Positions 1 to 7,177 of a stretch of 64,000 bases of DNA are shown piece by piece. The translations under genes were made by a program, and so were the position numbers. The DNA lies in IMG/VR virus record IMGVR_UViG_3300025645_000047, positions 1-64,000 of that record. One strand, written 5' to 3'. The notes beneath the pieces were generated by a model. It was not told where the DNA came from. It worked only from the letters and a program-made list of their open reading frames with translations, and did not search any database. The DNA is from a virus. Positions within the stretch are counted from its first letter, which is position 1, and the number at the start of each line of letters is the position of its first letter.

Positions 1-35
1 GACTATGTCTCAAAAAAAAAAAAAAAATAAAAAAT

Positions 36-84
36 TTCAGCTATAACACTCATTTCATTTAGGGCCTATTTAAGCGTACATTTA
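36..84 (+). promoter_or_regulatory. Class B bipartite promoter, copy 1 (TTCAGCTATAACA ... TACATTTA)
   Basis: AGCTATAA at 39 and a -7-like box TACATTTA at 77 (offset 38), the same geometry as four other intergenic copies. Confidence 0.65.
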
Positions 85-87
85 TGT

Positions 88-270
88 ATGATCAAGATAG
101 CCACTAAAATATTCTGTACAGCTGTATATCTGCTTGGTGGTACAGTCAGGATTGAGTTGGTTATACTTCCTAGGACACTGGCAATGTTATCTTTCTTTTA
201 TTTTATATACATAGTGTTTCCTTTGATAAAGCTTGGCTATTATTATTTATTTACTTACATTTGGGCATGA
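88..270 (+). CDS. Small hydrophobic hypothetical protein
   Basis: 60 aa, hydrophobic; its stop overlaps the next ATG (ATGA); start lies very close to the -7 box, so it may be leaderless or spurious. Confidence 0.4.
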   Translation: MIKIATKIFCTAVYLLGGTVRIELVILPRTLAMLSFFYFIYIVFPLIKLGYYYLFTYIWA

Positions 271-482
271 ATTGGAAAGATTACTTAACATCTAAAGGCT
301 TCATATACAATGAGAAGAAGGATTCCTGGATCAAGGGTAAAGGGTGGGGTAAGTCTTATTCAGTTTCTATGATAATGAAAGGATTGTTTGAAATAAAGGA
401 TGCTGGAGATGTAGTATTCTCTGATTACGTAAATAGTCTTGAAGAATTTAAGGCATTAATTAAAAAATACATAGATGAGTAA
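267..482 (+). CDS. Hypothetical protein
   Basis: ATG at 267 (MNWKDYL...); tightly packed with neighbours. Confidence 0.7.
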   Translation: MNWKDYLTSKGFIYNEKKDSWIKGKGWGKSYSVSMIMKGLFEIKDAGDVVFSDYVNSLEEFKALIKKYIDE

Positions 483-780
483 ATACGAATTTAACGACTT
501 AATAGATGGATCTATCAGCACAACATCAAACCCAATTCTAACCCAGACCCATAGCTACTTAAATGGTATACAAGTTAATCATACTGGTATCAATAATCAT
601 ACTAGTATCAATACAAATTATTTAATTAGTATTCCGGATGGTGAGATTACATTTGAGGAATTAAATAAAACTATGAATACTTTGTCTAATGCAGTTGTCC
701 ATATGCAAACCAAGATAAAGGATTTAGAAAAAAAGAAAGAATCTGAAAAGATTAATAAAAGAAATATATTTAAAAAATAA
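475..780 (+). CDS. Hypothetical protein with C-terminal coiled coil
   Basis: 101 aa, overlaps the previous gene. Confidence 0.65.
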   Translation: MSKYEFNDLIDGSISTTSNPILTQTHSYLNGIQVNHTGINNHTSINTNYLISIPDGEITFEELNKTMNTLSNAVVHMQTKIKDLEKKKESEKINKRNIFKK

Positions 781-783
781 AAT

Positions 784-1053
784 ATGATATTATTTATAGA
801 AGCAGTAATAGTACTTGGCTTAATTGCATTTCCAATAGTAAAGACTTACTTTAAGGGTGCTGTAGAATGGATGTGGATAAGTGGACTAGTTCTTGGAATT
901 AATGCAGGAGCAGTAATGTTTAGTGCAATGATTGATGATGAAAAAAGGATCTTTAAGATGTATACTTTTCAATTCCACCTTTTTCTAATAACAGTAAGCA
1001 TGGCCTTTTCAATAGAGAAGCCAGATTATGAACTTGAAGAAGAAGAAGAGTAA
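784..1053 (+). CDS. Small membrane protein
   Basis: About three hydrophobic segments and an acidic tail. Confidence 0.7.
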   Translation: MILFIEAVIVLGLIAFPIVKTYFKGAVEWMWISGLVLGINAGAVMFSAMIDDEKRIFKMYTFQFHLFLITVSMAFSIEKPDYELEEEEE

Positions 1054-1256
1054 TGGAGACAGAAGATTACAACTCAAAAGATTACACCTTGTACAACTCA
1101 TTCCTAGAAGCTGCAGCTGACTTTGTAACAGAACAAGACGAAGAGTGGATAGCTAAAGAAGTAGATAAGACTGTAGATTACTTAAAAGCCATGGAGCCTT
1201 CAAAGACTGCAAAAAGAAATCTTCCTTGGAAGACATCAAAAGATGGTGATATCTAA
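1053..1256 (+). CDS. Hypothetical protein
   Basis: TAATG translational coupling to the upstream gene. Confidence 0.7.
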   Translation: METEDYNSKDYTLYNSFLEAAADFVTEQDEEWIAKEVDKTVDYLKAMEPSKTAKRNLPWKTSKDGDI

Positions 1257-1257
1257 A

Positions 1258-1289
1258 TTTGGATTATAGGTAAATAAGATATATCTTTA
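1258..1289 (+). promoter_or_regulatory. Host-type Bacteroidota -33/-7 promoter
   Basis: TTTG at 1258, 20-nt spacer, TATCTTTA at 1282. Confidence 0.6.
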
Positions 1290-1644
1290 CAAAATAGTTA
1301 TTACAGTGTTTTAACTGATATAAAATCTGCAGCTAATCAATCAACACATATTGAAAGGGTACAGATGATCAGGGAGGTTTAAGTAATAATGTTGAATACA
1401 CAGGAAACCTTTTATACTATACGCTTAAGATTGGACTGGATATGGAACAAGTAATTCCTTCTGAAATAACAGATGTTATCAGTCCTTGGCAATTTTACAC
1501 TGTCTTAAGGAAGGTATAAAGAAAACTGTTCCAGAGAACACTAACCCAGTGATTCTCAAGGGATTTGTGTTTTTAATCGTTAATATTAATAAAGTTGTTT
1601 CACAAATATAATGTCTAGAGAATAATACCTCTAGGCATTTTTTT
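1290..1644 (+). ncRNA. Putative structured non-coding RNA of unknown family
   Basis: 447-bp gap with no ORF of 60 aa or more, bounded by a promoter and terminator; nested helices 1411-1417/1514-1520, 1424-1430/1503-1509, 1433-1438/1480-1485, 1343-1348/1566-1571. Confidence 0.55.
1612..1644 (+). terminator. Intrinsic terminator
   Basis: TGTCTAGAG-loop-CTCTAGGCA followed by a T-run. Confidence 0.8.
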
Positions 1645-1654
1645 ATGGAATATA

Positions 1655-1686
1655 TTAGGATTTAGGTTTTTTTTAATATATATTTG
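1655..1686 (+). promoter_or_regulatory. Host-type -33/-7 promoter
   Basis: TTAGGA at 1655 and TATATTTG at 1679 (offset 24). Confidence 0.65.
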
Positions 1687-1703
1687 GAAAAACCTAAAAG
1701 AAA

Positions 1704-2078
1704 ATGAGTACAGAAAAAGAGCCTAAAGAAATTACAGTTGAAGACATTAAACAACAAATGACTGCTGATGACCTGGCAAAAACCTTAAGGCTTGCTCCTT
1801 CTAAAAGAGTAATACTTGGTCTAACAAATGACCACCTAGTAAAACACAACGCACTTATATTCCACAAAGGATCTTCCTTATCATCTGCACAACGCAAAAT
1901 GGTACAGGAGAGAGTTGCCTATGGATTAAACAAAGGAACTATTACTACTGAGCAAGTTGCGGGAGAGATCAATAAACTAAATGCTCTTATTCAAGGAGAA
2001 TTAATAAAAATTACTAAAGATGACAGTATCACTGAGCACTCAGTTTCAGATAAGGAAGAAACTGGAGAAGATTCTTGA
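1704..2078 (+). CDS. Hypothetical protein
   Basis: 124 aa, A-rich start context immediately after a promoter. Confidence 0.8.
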   Translation: MSTEKEPKEITVEDIKQQMTADDLAKTLRLAPSKRVILGLTNDHLVKHNALIFHKGSSLSSAQRKMVQERVAYGLNKGTITTEQVAGEINKLNALIQGELIKITKDDSITEHSVSDKEETGEDS

Positions 2079-2259
2079 TCTTGCAAAAGAAAGAGAAACT
2101 ACCTGCATAACAATAATGACAAACAGAGATTGGCACATAAAAGTGTTTAATTTCTTTTTAAATCATGATAAGATAGGATGGATGAAGATTGGAGGAAACA
2201 CAATCTTTATAATTAAAGAAATGAGAATAGAACTTAAACCAATAGACTTTTATATATGA
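2020..2259 (+). CDS. Hypothetical protein
   Basis: 79 aa, ATGA overlap with the next gene. Confidence 0.6.
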   Translation: MTVSLSTQFQIRKKLEKILDLAKERETTCITIMTNRDWHIKVFNFFLNHDKIGWMKIGGNTIFIIKEMRIELKPIDFYI

Positions 2260-2480
2260 GTAGATTTAGTCAAATAGTAAGTGGATACAAAAACTTAGTT
2301 AAATCTAAGTTAGGGTTGTCCGATGAAAAAGATGAAGAGATCTTTGAAGCAAGAAGAACAATATGCAACGCATGTAAGTTTAAGTCTGCATTAGATAGAT
2401 GTTTAAAGTGTGGATGCCCATTAGGAGCAAAGACAAGAAGTCTTGATAGTGATAATGGTTGTCCAGAAAAACACTGGTAA
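2256..2480 (+). CDS. Small Cys-rich metal-binding protein (DUF6171-like)
   Basis: RxxICxxC...CxxCGCPLxAKTR...CPxxxW pattern. Confidence 0.7.
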   Translation: MSRFSQIVSGYKNLVKSKLGLSDEKDEEIFEARRTICNACKFKSALDRCLKCGCPLGAKTRSLDSDNGCPEKHW

Positions 2481-2481
2481 T

Positions 2482-2646
2482 ATGATATTAACAATAAATC
2501 TACATCCGGAAGTAGTAAAGTTTCTTGAAGAAACAGGAACAGTCTATTTTGACAATACAGGAGAGAAGTCCTATATAGTTAATGGCACTATGTATAAAGA
2601 AACAAATGAAGAAGGATTATACACAACACAATTCATACAAGATTAA
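2482..2646 (+). CDS. Hypothetical protein
   Basis: Likely start at 2482 (MILTINL); TAATG coupling to groEL. Confidence 0.6.
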   Translation: MILTINLHPEVVKFLEETGTVYFDNTGEKSYIVNGTMYKETNEEGLYTTQFIQD

Positions 2647-4220
2647 TGACAGAAATTAAGTTTGACCAGGAAGTAAGAGATGGCATCAAGGCCGGAGTAG
2701 ATGCCTTGGCCAATGCAGTAAAAGTAACCTTGGGCCCAAGAGGACTCAATGTAATTATACAGAGACACAATCAAGATCCTCAAGTTACTAAAGATGGAGT
2801 TACTGTAGCAAAAGAGATTGAGCTAGAAGATCCTATACAAAACATGGGAGCAACTGTAGTTAAGAGAGTGGCAGAGAAATCTAACGATGATGCTGGTGAC
2901 GGAACTACAACAGCTACTGTCTTGGCCCAAGCAATTCTAAGTGAAGGGCTAAAGCTTGTAGCTGCCGGATATAATCCTGTAGAAATTAAAAGAGGAATAG
3001 ATAAAGCTACACAGGTAATAGTAGGTCACCTTAACAGTTCGGCCATACCGGTAACACACGGATCAGACATGATAGAGCACATTGCTACTATCTCTGCAAA
3101 CAATGATCCTGAAATAGGTAAGATTGTTGCAGAGGCATTTAGAAGAGTAGGGTCAGATGGAGCTGTGAGTGTTGAAGAAGGTGCAGGTTTTGAGACTGTA
3201 GTTCACAGAGTAGACGGATTACAATTTGATAGAGGAATGGCCTCATCATTCTTCTCTACTTCTCCTGATAAGGCAGAAGCAACAATGAGGAACCCCTTAA
3301 TACTAGTAGTAGAGGGAAAGGTAACAACCAAAGAACAAATAATGGCGGTACTAGAACCGGTAATAAAACTAGGGAAACCTTTAGTTATAATAGCGGAGGA
3401 CATTGCCGGAGATGCATTGTCAACACTTATACTAAACAAGTTAAAGGGTGGGCATAGTCTTGCAGCAGTAAAGGCACCAGGATTTGGATCATTAAGAACA
3501 GACCTAACTAAAGACATAGCAATCATTGTAGGAGCACAAGTAGTTCCTGCTGATATGGTGGCTGATATAACATCAGAATACATTGAACAACTATTAGGCA
3601 CGGCAACAACAGTTAAGATTGAAGGTATGTCTACTGTGATAATGGGTGGGAAAAGAAGTGAAGAAGAGGTAGCTGATAGGATAAAAGAAATTGAGGCAAA
3701 GATAGCTGACAATAAGATAACTAAATTTGAGGTAGACAAACTACTTGAAAGAAAGGCAAAATTAGGTGGAGGCGTAGCAATTATAGAAGTTGGGGCAAAG
3801 TCTGAGATTGACATGAAAGAAAAGAAGGATAGAGTTGATGATGCAAAGGAAGCAGTAATATCAGCACTTGAAGAAGGAGTTGTGTTAGGCGGAGGATGTG
3901 CACTACTCAACTGCAAAGACTTAGTAGTGAACGTGTTAGAAAATACCGATGAAAAAATAGGGGTGCAACTAATAATGAAAGCTATAGAGGCACCATTCAG
4001 AACAATATGCGATAACGCAGGTGTTAGTTCAGATTTGAAAATAGAAGGGGTAATGTCTAGGCCTACAGGAACCGGATACAATGCAAAAACAGATGAATAT
4101 GTAGAAATGATTGACGCAGGTATACTTGATCCAAAAAAGGTTACAAGAATAGCACTAGAAAGTGCTGCTAGCGTTTCAGGCACATTGCTCACTACAGCAT
4201 GTGCCATAACAATAAAATAA
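2646..4220 (+). CDS. groEL: Phage-encoded chaperonin GroEL (Cpn60)
   Basis: AVKVTLGPRG, TKDGVTVAKEI, GDGTTTATVLAQ, KAPGFG, EKKDRVDDA, GILDPKKV motifs; no C-terminal GGM tail. Confidence 0.97.
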   Translation: MTEIKFDQEVRDGIKAGVDALANAVKVTLGPRGLNVIIQRHNQDPQVTKDGVTVAKEIELEDPIQNMGATVVKRVAEKSNDDAGDGTTTATVLAQAILSEGLKLVAAGYNPVEIKRGIDKATQVIVGHLNSSAIPVTHGSDMIEHIATISANNDPEIGKIVAEAFRRVGSDGAVSVEEGAGFETVVHRVDGLQFDRGMASSFFSTSPDKAEATMRNPLILVVEGKVTTKEQIMAVLEPVIKLGKPLVIIAEDIAGDALSTLILNKLKGGHSLAAVKAPGFGSLRTDLTKDIAIIVGAQVVPADMVADITSEYIEQLLGTATTVKIEGMSTVIMGGKRSEEEVADRIKEIEAKIADNKITKFEVDKLLERKAKLGGGVAIIEVGAKSEIDMKEKKDRVDDAKEAVISALEEGVVLGGGCALLNCKDLVVNVLENTDEKIGVQLIMKAIEAPFRTICDNAGVSSDLKIEGVMSRPTGTGYNAKTDEYVEMIDAGILDPKKVTRIALESAASVSGTLLTTACAITIK

Positions 4221-4221
4221 G

Positions 4222-4566
4222 ATGAAACATGAAGAACTGATTCGAGAAATTGAAAGAAGAGAACAGCAAAATCAAATGGCTCCTTTTCCAATGCATGACA
4301 CGGAAGTAATTAACGATTTAAAAATACTTAATATGATGACAGCAAAAGAAGGATACGAGCAAGAGCCGGTTACCTATTGCAAAACGTGTATGTCTATACA
4401 CATTAAAACTATAGAGTTTGAAGATGGGCCAGGGGGAGAAGAAAGATATGTGGACTATTGCGTTCCTTGTGGAAACACAGATTTAGATAAAGTTTATTTA
4501 GCAGAGTGGGAAGAACTTTATGCTGAGAAGTATGGTGATAAATTTCTAACCAAAAATAATAAGTAA
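4222..4566 (+). CDS. Zinc-ribbon protein
   Basis: EPVTYCKTC...DYCVPCG (two CxxC pairs); resembles a conserved crAss-like gene found near the terminase. Confidence 0.75.
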   Translation: MKHEELIREIERREQQNQMAPFPMHDTEVINDLKILNMMTAKEGYEQEPVTYCKTCMSIHIKTIEFEDGPGGEERYVDYCVPCGNTDLDKVYLAEWEELYAEKYGDKFLTKNNK

Positions 4567-4567
4567 C

Positions 4568-4846
4568 ATGAATATATTTAGTTTTGACGGATGGAAAGAC
4601 AATGCTTTTAAAGCTAAATATATAGACTCTGATCTTAAGGTCCTGGAAATCAAAGCATCTTGGTTTCACAATCAAGTTGAAGAGATGAATAAACAAATGA
4701 CTAAATTAAAATTATTAATAAACACAGTCATAAGTGGATCTAAAGAAAAAAACAAGTATGAGCTATCAGTTAAAATAAATCAGTATGACGGCAGGAAACA
4801 ACATGAACATAAAGAGAATACACACAGACAAGAAATCAATATTTAG
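4568..4846 (+). CDS. Hypothetical protein
   Basis: 92 aa, tightly packed in the operon. Confidence 0.65.
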   Translation: MNIFSFDGWKDNAFKAKYIDSDLKVLEIKASWFHNQVEEMNKQMTKLKLLINTVISGSKEKNKYELSVKINQYDGRKQHEHKENTHRQEINI

Positions 4847-5171
4847 ATATTGGTTGGCTCTTCTCAAGCCTTATCATAAATTAAGGCAAAAAGAAATAGA
4901 CGCATTAGGGCTGTTGTTATATTATCGATATGAATTGACTAGAGAGATAAAGGATATAGACATGGTTGACATGATTCTATTCTCCACCCAAACTAGAACA
5001 AAAATAAGAGAAGATCTTGGAGGAATGGGTCAAAAGGTTTTTAATAACCTACTTACTTCCTTGAGAAAGAAGAGTGTCATAACAAAAGATAATAAAATAA
5101 ATCCAGTATTAATTCCTAAAATGTCTGAAAATGGATTTAAGTTAATATTTGATTTTGAAGTAAAAAAATGA
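4803..5171 (+). CDS. Putative winged-helix DNA-binding protein
   Basis: Basic; LFSTQTRTKIREDLGGMGQKVFNNLLTSLRKKSVI resembles an HTH plus wing; probable start at 4803. Confidence 0.55.
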   Translation: MNIKRIHTDKKSIFRYWLALLKPYHKLRQKEIDALGLLLYYRYELTREIKDIDMVDMILFSTQTRTKIREDLGGMGQKVFNNLLTSLRKKSVITKDNKINPVLIPKMSENGFKLIFDFEVKK

Positions 5172-5488
5172 AACCAAAGAAAAAAACTTATGCAGATCAA
5201 CTACATAGATCAAATATAGTTGATGGAGAAAAAACTAAAGAGCTAGCAAAGAAATATGACATGGATCTTGGCTTAATGAAAAAGCTCCTGGCTGCACCTT
5301 ATGAGTTTATTCAGAAAAAAACAAGGGAACTTGATTTTAAAGATGGGTTGACTAAAGAAGAATTTGATAAAATAAAAAAAGACTTTAACATTCCTGCATT
5401 AGGAAAAGTTTTTGCATCAAATTACTTGTATAACGAAATACAGAAAAAAAAGAATAAAACTAAAACAATAAGAGATGATAACAGATAA
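5168..5488 (+). CDS. HU/IHF-like DNA-binding protein
   Basis: KELAKKY...FNIPALGKVF pattern resembles the HU/IHF fold. Confidence 0.5.
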   Translation: MKPKKKTYADQLHRSNIVDGEKTKELAKKYDMDLGLMKKLLAAPYEFIQKKTRELDFKDGLTKEEFDKIKKDFNIPALGKVFASNYLYNEIQKKKNKTKTIRDDNR

Positions 5489-5579
5489 AGATTATACCAG
5501 GATAGGTATCGTAGTATTTAAAGTAGCTATTGTAGCATTTGCAATAGGAGTATTAATAGGGTATTTAATTTTTAATTAA
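5475..5579 (+). CDS. 34-aa single-pass membrane peptide (not in ORF track)
   Basis: MITDKDYTRIGIVVFKVAIVAFAIGVLIGYLIFN fills the gap in the operon. Confidence 0.6.
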   Translation: MITDKDYTRIGIVVFKVAIVAFAIGVLIGYLIFN

Positions 5580-5586
5580 TATTAAA

Positions 5587-5754
5587 ATGGAAGAAGCTAA
5601 ATTATTTGTAACAACAGAAGATCTTTTAAATAAAACTTTAAAATATCTTGGAACAAAGCCGTACATTGAAGTCGCTGGATTAATAAAAGGACTTATGGCC
5701 GCAGCACCTTACAAAACAAAAATAGAAGAAAATAATGGAGAAGCAGAATCTTAA
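5587..5754 (+). CDS. 55-aa hypothetical protein (not in ORF track)
   Basis: MEEAKLFVTTEDLLNKTLKYLGTKPYIEVAGLIKGLMAA...; good A-rich start context. Confidence 0.7.
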   Translation: MEEAKLFVTTEDLLNKTLKYLGTKPYIEVAGLIKGLMAAAPYKTKIEENNGEAES

Positions 5755-6337
5755 AAGAGGTCAGGCCTCCAAGGACGTAGAAAGGCTCAAGGGAGAGGAA
5801 GCCAGAGACCTTGGAGTTGCAGACTTCTTCAATACTAGAGATAGATCTAGAAGAGGATCAGGAGGACTTGTTGAGGATACAACTAAAGTTCTTAATGATG
5901 AGGTGACAGTAAAGGAAAGGTTATACGAGGACTCTCACAATGTAAGTGCAATCCCAGCGTATGTAAATCCAATGTTTGCAGGAATCTTTCTAACAGCAAA
6001 AAGAAATAAGATAACAGAGAATGGAATATATCTTCCAACTGCATCGTATGGAAAAGGAACTGATACAGATATGGATGTAGACTTTTCTGAAAAACAATTT
6101 GTATTAGCTGTAGGGCCACACACTCAACAAGTATGTGTTGGTATGGAAGTTGTTTTAAATATGGACAACTTTAAAAAAAGACTTGAGAGTAACATGGCTC
6201 AAAAGCTAAGTAAAGAATTTGAATACATATTGCCTATAGAGGTAATTGAAGGTACAGAATACCTGTACGTAAGCGAAAGAGATATAAAGTATATCTCAAA
6301 TACTAATGGAATATTAAAAATAAAAGACAATGTTTAA
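5735..6337 (+). CDS. GroES-like co-chaperonin with N-terminal extension
   Basis: NPMFAGIFL...ITENGIYLP...VLAVGP..QVCVGMEVVL...EYLYVSERDI parallels the GroES pattern PLxDRV..TxGGIxLP..VxAVGPG..VKVGDxV..EYLIxxExDI. Confidence 0.75.
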   Translation: MEKQNLKRGQASKDVERLKGEEARDLGVADFFNTRDRSRRGSGGLVEDTTKVLNDEVTVKERLYEDSHNVSAIPAYVNPMFAGIFLTAKRNKITENGIYLPTASYGKGTDTDMDVDFSEKQFVLAVGPHTQQVCVGMEVVLNMDNFKKRLESNMAQKLSKEFEYILPIEVIEGTEYLYVSERDIKYISNTNGILKIKDNV

Positions 6338-6551
6338 AGACAAAAAAAAGAAAACAAAAGAGGTTAAATCAGCAAAAGCTGTAGTACAAACTAAAGCTTA
6401 TAGTGAGCAAATTCACGATATGTTGGTAGAAGCAGAATTAATGCTTGACAAAGCACCAAAAACTCTTGAAATTCGTGGAGCATCAAAGAAACTTAACATT
6501 GCAATTGCTAGTCTTGCACAGGCAGGTAAGTTTGCAGAAGTTAAAGAATAA
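6330..6551 (+). CDS. Hypothetical basic protein
   Basis: 73 aa, overlaps the upstream stop. Confidence 0.7.
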   Translation: MFKDKKKKTKEVKSAKAVVQTKAYSEQIHDMLVEAELMLDKAPKTLEIRGASKKLNIAIASLAQAGKFAEVKE

Positions 6552-6576
6552 CTGAATTGTCACACACTTATTAGGA

Positions 6577-6607
6577 TAGCTCTACTTGACAGTAGGGCTA
6601 TTTTTTT
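6577..6607 (+). terminator. Intrinsic terminator overlapping the next promoter
   Basis: TAGCTCTACT-TGAC-AGTAGGGCTA followed by T7; CTTGAC (6585) lies 24 nt before TATATTGC (6609). Confidence 0.75.
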
Positions 6608-6622
6608 GTATATTGCAATACT

Positions 6623-7177
6623 ATGAATATATTTGAGATTGAAAACAACGTAGTAACATTCAGCCCACAAGCATTAATGATAGCACCATTTAGGGCTTTA
6701 TGGGATGCTGATGATTCTAAAGATAAGATACAAGCTACATCAGAATTGTCTTATGTTTATTACATGGCAGATGAGAGAAGTGATTTTATGCACATACTTG
6801 ATAATGACGAAAGAGCAGAAGAAATTATAAGAATACTAGATCCGCCTAAAGGTTTAGACAGGACAAGAAAAGATTTAATCCGTGCTATAGGATATTACAC
6901 AAAAGCATCAGAAACTACAAGTACTAAGTTGCTCCAAAGCACTAGGTTAGTTATTCAAAAGATATCTGAGTTTCTTGATAATGTTAATATGGATGAAAGG
7001 GACGAAAGAACTAAAAAGCCAATCCATGACATTGGAAAAATAACAGGAGCAGTAGAAAAGATACCTAAACTCATTAAGGCAATGAATGAGATTGAGAAAG
7101 AAGTAATAAAAGAAAAAATGCTTAAGGCTCAATCTGGAAACAGAGTTAGCTCTGTGTTTGATGATGATGGAATATGA
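6623..7177 (+). CDS. Conserved crAss-like gene upstream of TerL (possible small terminase subunit)
   Basis: Synteny and ATGA coupling to TerL; helical; ELSYVYYMADERS motif. Confidence 0.6.
   Translation: MNIFEIENNVVTFSPQALMIAPFRALWDADDSKDKIQATSELSYVYYMADERSDFMHILDNDERAEEIIRILDPPKGLDRTRKDLIRAIGYYTKASETTSTKLLQSTRLVIQKISEFLDNVNMDERDERTKKPIHDIGKITGAVEKIPKLIKAMNEIEKEVIKEKMLKAQSGNRVSSVFDDDGI

Noticed and set aside
12-34. Poly-A tract at the window start
   Set aside because: Could be an UP-like element, a reverse-strand terminator tail or a homopolymer artefact; no upstream context to decide
1290-1644. tRNA, tmRNA or RNase P identity for the non-coding region
   Set aside because: No cloverleaf with T-loop GTTC and CCA end, no tmRNA termini and no RNase P GAGGAAAGTCC signature
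3203-4291. 362-aa minus-strand ORF, and the other minus-strand ORFs in the track
   Set aside because: Antisense shadows of well-supported + strand genes (here groEL), with low-complexity S/F/L/I-rich translations and no motifs
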